A DNA stretch of 64,000 nucleotides. Source: Amoebophrya sp. A120. Taxonomy: Eukaryota > Protista > Dinoflagellata. Made by a program: the position numbers and the translations under genes. The stretch lies in assembly GCA_905178155.1 (NCBI GenBank), contig CAJINV010000007.1, positions 3,428,265-3,492,264 of the forward strand, in the 5' to 3' direction. The first letter of the stretch is position 1. The number at the start of each line of letters is the position of its first letter. Shown piece after piece: positions 35,200-45,995 of this stretch. The notes beneath the pieces were generated by a model. The model saw only the letters and a program-made list of their open reading frames with translations. It did no database searches and was not told the origin of the DNA.

Positions 35200-37091
35200 A
35201 TGAACCACTACGGACACTCTGCCAGCATGTACGGCTCCGCCGACTCCCAGCACCACTACCCGGCCAGCCACCAGATGGACCACTCCCACCTGGCCAACTT
35301 CGCGGCCGCCGCGGGCTCCGCCCCGCCGGGGTTTGCCGCTCCCGCCGTGCACGACCCCTACGCGATGGCCGCTGCGCAGCACTACGCCCAGGCTCAGATG
35401 TACAACCGCGCGTTGGCCGCTCAGCAGATGTACGGTCGCCACTCCTACCCCGGTGCCGCCGCCGCGGCTGGACACCCGCACATGCCGCTGGACCCGGCTC
35501 TGGAATCCCTGTTCGGCCTGAACGCCGGTGCAGCCGCCGCGTTCCCCGCTGGCATGCCCGCTGCCTACAACTACCCGGGTGCCGCCGCCGTGGCCCACGC
35601 CGCCGCCGGAGCTGCTGCCGCGACTTCCTCCTCCGACCCCGCCTCGCCGCCGGCCGTCCCGGCCTACGGAGCCGCCGCGAGTGCTGCCGCCGCCCGCGCG
35701 ATGGAGCTCCCGCGCCGGGAACGCTTCTTCGTGCGCCGCAACGGAGGCACCACTGAGGAGGAAGTCATCACCTCGCAGAAGTTCTTGGCCACCTTCCGCG
35801 TCGGCATCCCGCACGCCCACGAGTTCGGCGCCGCCAAGCGCATCATCGGGCCGGCCGGACGCAACATGAAACTCATCGCCAGCATGATCATGGGCGGCAA
35901 GGTGCGCCTGCGTGGCGAAGGATTCCAGGTACTAAAAAGAACAGACGTAGATCAATTGAAATTCTTGCCGTGATGCTGCGCGATTAGTAAAGTGGTAGGT
36001 CATTAATGTGACAATTGAAAATGGAGGAAGAACTGGCTCGGTGCCTCTACCTGTACGTCAAAAAGTAGAATTTATTACTTGCGTTGTCGCATCACGACAT
36101 GATTTTTCCAACGTGATTCGATGTCGAAAGTTGTGATTTTCATTTTTGCTACTGAAAACAGGACAAGGACCAGAACCACCCGCTGCAGCTGAACATCTCG
36201 TGCCCGACCAAGGAGGGATACGTGATCGCCAAGACTCTGGTTTCCAAGCTGTTGAAGCAGCTGCTGGTCGACTTCCACGAGTTCACGCAGGGAAAAGTGG
36301 TGGCCCAGATGCGCGGCAACGATCACCCGATGAACCCGGAGATCCCGCCGGGCTGGGACCGGGAGTTCATGCGCGGCTACTACTCCAACTTGGTTGACCA
36401 GGTACAATGCCATAACTACAATTCCTTGTTCTATGAGTGACAGTTGACCACATCTCGTTCAGTATCAGTGTTAAAAACATACGGTGAAAAATACGTGGTC
36501 TATTCCTCTTGACCTTCAAGCATTTTTTTTCGACTATTGGGACTCGTGGTAAAAAATCAAAATGCCAATGTTAATGAGTGCTACCTTCTTCTATCACAGG
36601 TTATCTTCGTGACCACGATTCCGCGGTCCGGGTCGGCTTCCAACCAATCTTCCAAGAAGACCAGTTCCTCCAAGGTTTCCAAGAACGGTACGTCCTCGCA
36701 ATCGGAAAAGGGCGCGTCCGACTCCACCCCCTCCACGGCTGCCGAGGCGACCCCGGCCGGGGCCAGCAACAAGCCGAAGGTGGACTACCAGAAGATCTCC
36801 ATGGTTTCTTCCGATTCGATATCCACAGAAAAAAACCCATCCCCATCCATTTTTTGCATGACAAACACATGACTTGCTACGTGTTTTGCATGACAAATTA
36901 GATGTGGATGGGTTTTTTTCTGTGCATATTCCACCCGCGCGGAAATTTCCACCTCCGCCGACGAGGAAGCGGAAACCTCCTCCACCAACACGCCCGCCGA
37001 AAAGAAGCCCTTCGCCGTCGACACCAGCTCCGGCTTCGACGACGCTGCCGCCAAAATCGAGGAGGCCGTCGCCGGACTCGTGTGCCAGTAA
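35200..37091 (+). CDS. KH-domain RNA-binding protein (STAR/SF1-like KH)
   Basis: FGAAKRIIGPAGRNMK...KVRLRGEG...PLQLNISC. GT-AG introns 35929-36161 and 36402-36599. Last exon in frame after removing 36820-36928 plus one repeat copy. Strongly C/G-ending codons. Confidence 0.88.
36820..36928. mobile_element. 109-bp introner-like element / non-canonical intron, TSD TTCGA/TTCCA
   Basis: TATCCACAGAAAAAAACCCATCC pairs with GGATGGGTTTTTTTCTGTGCATA; excision gives SDSTRAEIS...VCQ*. Confidence 0.88.
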
Positions 37092-40000
37092 GGTACTTGG
37101 TAAGAGAAAGGGAGGATCATGTTGTGCTTTTGATCAAAAATCTTGAGATTCAAAAGTAAGACAACATCAAAAGAGGTGGTCTAAAATTTGTATGAAGAAG
37201 ATTTTTTCAAACAACAATTTTTTGGTGGACAGGAGTGCCGTGGTGGCTGCTTAAGCGGATATCATCACGCACTGCAAATTTTGTATTTCGTTTTGATTCG
37301 TAAGAAAGTTAAGTTATGCTTATGTCAGAATGGTCCGAGACGAGTTTCGAGTTCTTATTTTGAAAGTTTGGTTTTCTTGTTGCGAGTGTTTCAGTTTCTA
37401 CGTATTTACAACTTCCTTTAGCAATCAGCATTCTAAATTTCTTCGACCTAAAAATCGCGGTAATCCGATACCGAGAATCGTAGATGTTGTCCGGATAAGA
37501 ATATTCTAGACAGACAAAATGGTGTGTGGGAACTGTGCGCGGAAAATACAACTAGAACTACTATTTTTAATAGTACTCCGCTAGCTATTCTGCACACGAA
37601 GCGCCTCCAAAAGGAAACTCTAGGTATCGGGCTACGTAGTGTGGGAAAGATTGAATATCGTTGCTTGGTTGAGACTCTCGTGGGATGTCCTACAGGCGGT
37701 GGAATACATGGCTATTCCCGACATACCCCCACAGATCTCACGGTCATCGATTTTTCTTCTATAGCATTATGGGTAGCTCGAAGTAGAGAAAGGGTCTAGA
37801 AAGATGGTAGAAAGACACGCCGTATTTTCACACCAGTAGAAAGATAAGTCCCCTCGTCTACCGATTCGGCATTTTTGAGAATACAGCTACGATTACAACC
37901 TTTACAAAGTCAAAGAAACATTAATTAAGAACATCTACCCCCAATCTGAAAATCAAAATATGCAAATGCATATTAGCATGTCAGTGCCACCATCGGTTGT
38001 CCGTGGATTCGAAGGTGTTTGTGCCGTCACAACGACTGGCGCACGCATCGTCGATTTTGCAGCATGAGCAAGCGCATGACATGGATTCTCACATAGCAAA
38101 AAAATTATCCCCAAAGTAAACATCCTTTACTTTCAAAATCTGTCGTGCCTGCCCCAATTTCGTCCCCGTAGCTCTGTAGACAGATTCAGAAATTTTGGGT
38201 TCTCTGCTGCAGGTTCCTCATCTTCGCCAGGTCTCAGGTTTTTGCGAATTCATTTTTTTCGTATAGAACTTGCGCTTGGAGGTTATCTTGTGGTTACCGC
38301 ATAGTAGAGACGCAAAAAATCAACGCGGACCCCTTTCACTATACCAAACCTTGGAGTCAAGCAAGAAGGTTTTTGTACTAGTCAAATAAGTTGGTCGTAG
38401 AGCACATAACTTTACAACTTCTACAAGCTATTCTGGAAAAGGAAGAAGCCACGCATTGCTCCACCGGCGGCGCGCTCTTTCCAAAACAACGCAAAAAACC
38501 AATCGAGAACTAGCTTTTTACGGTTGTAAATCAACTCTGTCCAGACTGACTCTGACGAACGTGCAATTACCTTGTTTTGCTTTTTTGACTTTTATGGAAA
38601 CCAAAAAAAAGTCCCATAGAATACGCCGTGGTGTCAGTTGTGATGAAAAAAATTTCAAAAAACACAAAAAAACTATGAACGTTTTATTCAGTACAAGAAA
38701 TTATATGTATACCATTCGTTGTGAGGAGATGAAAGTTTCTATCAGCACTACAAACAAGAGACTACGTGTGGCGATTATTACTGTAAAAAACCTTTGAGGA
38801 CCAAACCTATTCGAAGAATCAGAGAATTATGAGGCGGAAAAAACTACACATCAAACAATTTACAACAACACTTATCGGGGGAAAAGCAACACCTGTTGGA
38901 CTGTGAATATATCGGAGTAGACCTACAACACAAATATCAGCAAAATTTACAGTTTCATCGAGCTGCTCTGGAGCACAAAGTCAAAGCATCAAGTTCTATT
39001 AGTAAAAAGAGCACAGTCTTCACTGGCTCTACGTGTATGATTATGATGAGTAAAAGCGCAGGCATTTCTCGCATATCCTATGAAGAACAAGTTGCGAAGA
39101 TTGCTAGAATCGCGATTATTCAGGGCAGACCTCCGCATAAGGCAAACAACATAAGAGCATCGGCAGCACATTTCACTGTGCGGGCAGAAGCTCATGCAAA
39201 GCTAAAAGTAAAGCATTTATTCAGAAAAGAGGAGCAGAATGAAGTAGAATGCAGACTAGAATAGACATCATTCTTGGGAAACAGGGAACATTACGAAGGT
39301 TGCGCGACGCATAGTGGTCAGTTTATTCACTTTGCGTCGTGTCTCCCAAATCGAAATTTCTTTTGTGGAAATAAGTTATGGAAATCAGGCGAAATGTAGA
39401 CGAGGATTGAAAGAGGAGGTAAAGAGCCTAATTTTAGGCCAAGAAACTACTTTACGAAACGTCGAACCGTCGATTCCAATGTCGAGCCGAAGAAAGTAGT
39501 CCTGCATAAAACGAATTTCAAAATGAAACCACTATCATATGGAAAGCGTGATATTACAGCAGAAGAAGTCTTCATCGCACTACTATAACCTGTGGACGAG
39601 GAGCGAGTCAACAACGCAACTACCAACATGGAGCAAAAAATGTGATTTCACGACTAACCGAGCACTACTATGAAATAAACTCTTAACTATTTTTTGACAC
39701 TTTTTACACAACTTTAACAGCTTTTATCAATTTCTTTTCGCAGAATAACGTATTTAGCTCTCCGGAAATTTCTACTCTGTGAGCATTTGATGCCACACCA
39801 AAACTATCTTTTATCGTATTTTCTATTTCACACAACGGCCACGAATTATCTGTTGCTTCTCGGACTTGAGAAAATAACCTGCAGCATCCAGAGGAAGGGA
39901 CATTTGATTATTGCGTATTGGGACAAAAAACACTAAAAAAAGAAGCCGCGCTCATTTGCGCGTCGTACTGCTCCAGCTCGAATGCGAACTGCGGCCTGAG

Positions 40001-40939
40001 CATGAAGCATCTCGCCTCCGAATTGTTCATCAACACCACTCTCGTCGTCACTTGTTATCCCGTCGCCCTCGTGTACTTCACAGAACGATGCTGTCCTCCA
40101 GTATCGATGAAGAAACCTTTCGCATCTTCGTCTTTCTGACTGAGATTTCGTAATTGTCGTTTTGATGTCTCTGGAGAGAGAGGGAAAGACGTGTTAGAGT
40201 CATACTCGTTTCCGTCAGCAAAGAAGATGCTATAGCTTACTTTTTGGCTTCGTGATACGGCAGGAGAGAAACTTCCGAGTGGTTGTTTTTGTTGCGCATC
40301 TCGTGCACCAGCTGGTTCTTTGATTAAGGCGTTGAGGAGCAGGATTGCGAGCGTTGTCGGGACCTCATCAGGGTGAACTACAGGGGCAGTGGAAAAGCAA
40401 AATCAATTGAAATGGAAATCAAATCAAAACAAAAAATAGTTTTGTCGACGAAGTGTCTTCTAGATTTGGTAGATCAAGATCTACGAAACTTCTAGTACTC
40501 TCTGCAATTATTTTACAAATTTTGATTTTCAAGGCCAAAGTCGCCAACTACCTGTTTCTCGTGCTAAAAATCAATGAACTCAAATTTTTGTTGAACTAGA
40601 ACTTGCACTTGCTGTTGCTCCTGCGGACAAAGTTTTCTTGCGTATCAAGAAGAGGAGGTTTTGGTTTATTTTACAGTATACATTTTCCGCCTTACCTTCT
40701 TCGACCGCTGGCTACAAACAAGCTCCTCTGCCGCACACATTTTCCGATTTTTACCAGTTGATCTTGCATCGTCATCTGCTTGGACACGGCCGTAACGACA
40801 AGCAGTGACTACAGGATCCAGCACTACTTTCATCTTCAGCACCTCTGGACGGTTCCTGTCCTGTCCGCAGCCGCGAGGGCATCAAGACAAGTTGCGCAGT
40901 ACTGCGGCTCCAGCACGGCAAGTAGAATCCGCCAGCACC

Positions 40940-43900
40940 ATGCCAGCGGCATCCTCGTCTTCTTCCTCCGCGCTGGTGCCACCAGCAGGAGCAGGTGGGT
41001 TTGTGCCCAGATCAGTGAAAGTCAAAAGAATTGCCGCGGAGGACGATCATGAAAGTTACCTCAAAGTCGGGGACGAGATACGCTGCAAAAACCACAACGG
41101 GAAAATTTCCAAGGCCGTGGTGATCTCCGTGAACCCTCTGACAGTCGAAGTGAAAACGAACGAATCTTCGTACAATATCCTGAGTAAAAACGTACCCACA
41201 CCAGAGTCAGGATGGGGAATCTGCTAGACAAATCAGCCAGCTTTGGTTGTTTGGCATGAGAACTTTGTCCGCGTAGTGTAGTGCTGTTTGAGCTAGTTTA
41301 GCAGCATTACAGATCTAGTATCTCGTGCTGATTGGAGCATGACAAATTTCAAAACCGCACTAGAAAATGCTTCTCATGGGGCTCCGCATGAGAAACATTT
41401 GAAGCATGCAGAGTTGCATGACAACTATGGTGTGGGTACGTTTTTACTCAGGATATACAAGAAAATGTTGTTGGACGAAGATGAGGACGAGGAAGGGGAT
41501 ATCCTGAGCAAAAATGTCCCCACCCCATAGTCAAGTTGGTAAATCTGCAACACAAATCCACAAGTTTTGGGAGTTGTGCATGACAAGCTTCCATCTGCAG
41601 TGTAGTGGTGGTTAGCAAGGGAAGCCGCATGACAAAGCAACTTTCTCATCCTGTCTACAGCATGACATATGCCAAAACACGACTGGAAATGCAAATGCCT
41701 CTCATGGAGATGCGCATTACAAATGTTCCGGTCATTGTTTGCGCATTTGCTTTTGCATGACAACTCCTGGGTGTAGGGGACGTTTTTACTCAGGATAGGG
41801 AAATTTTTGAAGATGGACTTACTGGACGACGTGGGAAAAGATTCCAACTCCGACAACGACCTCCCGGGGGACGAAGGATTTTTGGAAGCGTACGGGAAAC
41901 GGAAACAGAACAACATCTTCCAACCAATCCGCGGCTCGAAGATCCTCCGCGACGTCAGTAAGCAAATGACCAAGGAGAAGTTTTTAAAGCACGCGGCGCC
42001 ACTTCAGATATCAATAAACGGGGAGGATTTTCTTGCGGACGCCAGGGAATTTAATTCCCACGAAGAAGGGAGGACGGTCGGAAATGCGGGGTGGCACGGA
42101 GACATTCCGAACAACGAGTGTAGGAAATGAGGAAAGCGGGACGACGATCGTTGGGGCAGGGTGTGGGTAAGTCAAAAGGCCTATAACGAGCACGCATTTT
42201 TGCACGGTGTCCAAAACTGCATCTAATGTAATGAGCAAACATGCAAAGTGCATTCCACAGCTTATGCCTGCTAGGCGCAAGCTCCTCAAAATAAATGCTA
42301 CGCCCTGCCTCCATGTCGTCCGCCCTTGCGCCCGTTTTCCCATCGATAACACTCGAAGTGGAAGTCGCAGGCGTGAAGATGAATGCGGCAGTAAATGTCA
42401 ACATCGTGGTGTACAAGTCGTACGAGTGGAAGATCACCCAGGTAATTACTTGACTGGCCCAGCTGGAGCGGGGCTCTAATATTACTTGATTAGTCTGCAA
42501 CTGCACCTTGTCACTCTCGCTTCCATTTCTATGCCGCCAATAATTTCGCCTCTTTGAGTGTGTCATCAAGCTGGGAGCTGCAGCCTCGATTGTTAGGTGA
42601 GGGGACGCAATTGCACCTATGCGTAGTTAGTAGTAGATGAAAATTAAAACGAACTCATACTGCAAATCCACCACAGGAATCCTGGGTCGAGTTGTTTTTG
42701 CGATCCATCCCGCGATTGAAATTCGAAAGCGGAAGCCAGGAGGGGAAGGGGCTCGTGTGGTTGGAGCCCGACTACTCGATTGTCGCCGAGGACCACAAGA
42801 AATTGGTGGAGTTGATGCGGATTCACAACGGCGGGAAAAAGTTCTGGACGGCGACGATGGTGGCAAACTTTCTCCAGGACGACGCGGTGGCAAGGATCGC
42901 GAAAGCAAACGGGAAACCCATGCCGGTACATAAAAGCTTTTTTAGTGCAAGCAAGCACTTTGTGTTTGTCACTTCCTTTTTTGTCTTTTTGATCTTCGCA
43001 TGGAATCATGCTTCCTCGGATTATTGCCGAGATTTATGAATTAGTAAGAGTGGTGAGCACAAACAGGATCATCACAACACCCATGTTATACAACTACAGC
43101 AACGGTCCCACGTCACGTCGCTGATGACGAAATGCGGAGGGGAGAAAGATGCAAAAGGCAATTGGAAGGGCGTGCGCAACACTATGCAAAGAAAAGGATA
43201 ATAGACTGCCCACGCGTGGTGCGTGCGTGGCCGAGCAGCACTGTTTTCTTGTAATTGTTGAAGCGAGTAGTTGGCGCCGCTGGCACATTCTTGTGCTTGT
43301 TCTGCAGACAATATCTTGTTCTCCTGTGTTCTTGTAAATCAATCTCAATTATGTACGCTCGGGGCGCTCCCCGGAGGTGTAGGAAATTCATCTCCTCCAG
43401 ACGAAGTCCACTCACAACCACATCACGCGTGGGCAGTTATTTTTCGCATCCATACCCGATAATGCTCCGGGAAGTTCCGGGATGCAGAAGTCCTTGTGCG
43501 AGATGCTGCTCCAGCCGCGTTTGACCGAAGCCGAGCTGCGCCGTCGCAACGAATACTGGGAATCCCTGAAGAAGGAGTTGGACGACGAGGGGCACGAGCG
43601 ATTCGGGGGCAAGTCCGTCAAGAAGACGAAGAAGTTTTACTGGTGCGCGAAAAAGCAGGAGCTGGTGGATGATCCGGAAGAGGCTGAGGAAGAAGAAGAG
43701 GAAGAGGAGGAGGTATGCTTATTGACTACGGTTTATTTTCTTCACTCAGGATTTTTCATCGGCATAACCGCCGTTAAAGTGTATGAATGTCTGTAGTGTA
43801 AGAAAGTACTTCAAATTATGCTTTTGCGTGAGCAAGTGCAAGTGCGGACTTTCGTGCTGCGTTGCAAATCTTCGATCGAAAATTACGACTAGGACGACGA

Positions 43901-44273
43901 GAAGTTGATGCTGGAGGACGAAGAAGACTCCCTGGCGGGGTTATCCCCGGGGGCGCGGTTTGATCGTCTGCAGATGCGTTCTTTGAAAGACGAGGGCTTG
44001 GACGACAAGGACGCGGCGGGAGTATTGAAGGAGTTGGAGAAGGTCAAAGCCATCCCGTCGAAGAAGGTGGAGGACAAGAAGAACAGCAAGCGACCGGCGG
44101 GGAGTAGTACGGAGGAAGAAGGAGAGGAGGAGGAAGATGCGACGGCGGCAAGCAAACCGAAAAAAATTATCAAGAACAACAGCAAAAAGGCCGCGGGCGA
44201 CAGCATACCCGAACAAAAGGTGGGCGAAAGCGATGCAGCCTACTTTGAGCGGCTGCAGAAAGCGATGATGTGA
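40940..44273 (+). CDS. Multi-exon hypothetical protein with acidic/basic C-terminus
   Basis: ATG 40940. Frame continuous after removing elements 41176-41455 and 41500-41797, a probable non-canonical intron ~42111-42346, and GT-AG introns ~42442-42677, 42926-43383 and 43713-43893. Confidence 0.7.
41176..41455. mobile_element. Introner-like element, perfect 28-bp TIR, TSD TACAA
   Basis: TATCCTGAGTAAAAACGTACCCACACCA and its exact reverse complement ending at 41455; TACAA at 41171-41175 and 41456-41460. Confidence 0.95.
41500..41797. mobile_element. Introner-like element, sister of 41176-41455, TSD GGGGA/GGGAA
   Basis: TATCCTGAGCAAAAATGTCCCC pairs with GGGGACGTTTTTACTCAGGATA; excision joins EEG to FLKMDLL in frame. 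Confidence 0.92.
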
Positions 44274-45995
44274 CTGCGAGGTGAACAACTGGAAAGGTGT
44301 GTTGTTGGATCTACGTTGTTTCTTCTGAATTTATACAATTCGTCCCTCTTATCGATGCCCGTGTTTTACCCAAGGATAAAAAATCGAAAAGTCTTGTAAT
44401 CAAATATCAAGAACAAAAGCCATTATTTCTCCCTTGGGAACAGCCTGATGCTTTTGCTTCTGCTTCACGCGGATGAACAACCAAAGTTTAGAAAAACACT
44501 GAGAACTACTGCTATTTTGATTGTCGCCAAATGGGGATGGAATCGAGGCAAAGAGCGGCACAAGCCCCCTAAACCAAACTCCCAACAGCCACATGCTGGT
44601 GAAAAGATCTCGTCACTCCAGATCTGTCCCGTTTTCATCTGAACTAAAAATTTTACGATATTCGACCAACTTGTTACACTATACAATACGACGCACGGTT
44701 ATGGTAGCAAAACTTCGTGGAAGTGTCAAACTAGAACTGAACTACTCAAGAAAGATGAGAACTTTCAATGCGAACAATTACGATTTAGATTTACTCTTGT
44801 TTCGGTCTCTAACCACAGAACTTACGTTTCAACTTCAAGTAAATTTCGTTTCCAATCAAATACAGCAGTTGCAGCTTCGAAAGGTGATGAACTTTAAAGT
44901 TAATGATTTATGTTGTGATCATGACAACCTGGAACTAGATTCGTTCCCAATTATCCCAGGCCAAAATCAAAAAGCAGTGCTGTCGACGACATGACTGACT
45001 TGTTGGTGATGTCCTCTCTCTGCTTCAAAAACCAATATTCCGATCTAGACGTGGCCGCGAGCTAAAAGAACAAGTCTGAGTCGCAAGACGCGCGAAGTAG
45101 AAAAAGCAACACATGCTTTTACAACGTGGCGCTGTCGAGCGTGGCTCTCTTGCAGTTCTCGCACTTGATGCATTTTCTACGAAGTGGAGTAAACAGCTTC
45201 ATCGGGTTTCGTTTTTTTATCGCTCCTTTGTTTACTCGCCTAGGTCTTTTTCTTTCCGTGCACAAGGATCGCCTGCATTTATCGCCAGTATTTCCACCAC
45301 CACCTTCGTTGTTTTTGTCCTCGAGTAGAATCATTCGAAATCGAAGCTAATCCTGATCGGCACGCTCTTTTTTCTTGGTCGCTATCGTCGTGTTTCGTCA
45401 TCGAATTCAAGTGGTCATTCTGAGAAAGACCACGCTCGCTCAGAAGAATTTTCTTGATAAAAACTGATCCTGCGAAAATTGATTCTTTGCAGGCACGCAT
45501 GATATGTATGTACTCTGAAAAAAGAAACCAGCATCAAAAAACAGCGGGACTGGGCACCCATTCTATCGCATGCGTTTGTAAAGCGTCCCATTCTTGGTGC
45601 GGTGGAAAATACAAACTCCGTCTCGCACAACCGGCCAACGCCAAACTAACATGTCGTCAAGCCCTCGCGGCCCTGCGCAGCCGGTGTTTAGCCGCCGTGG
45701 GGCGAGTCACCAGGTCAGCGATCCGGGTTTGCTACGAAGGGGGTTGAAAAACGTGATACAGGTCCAGCCGGAGCAATCACCAAAGTTTGGAAGCAGTGGT
45801 GCGGAGCAACAGGTCTCATCTGCTCTTTGATGGTTGTTCTGTATAATTTATCCGACGACCACTGTGCGTGCGCAGCACTCTTTAGAATTTCAAGTATGCA
45901 AGTACAAGTTAGCTGCGCATAGATCAATTTACCATTGACACCATCACCAGCAGGCAGGGGCACGCATCATAAAAAAATCAAATCAAAAACTACAG

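Noticed and set aside
37100-40900. Long AT-richer gap with short ORFs
   Set aside because: No recognisable coding signal, repeat or RNA gene by eye; treated as intergenic, though small features could be missed.
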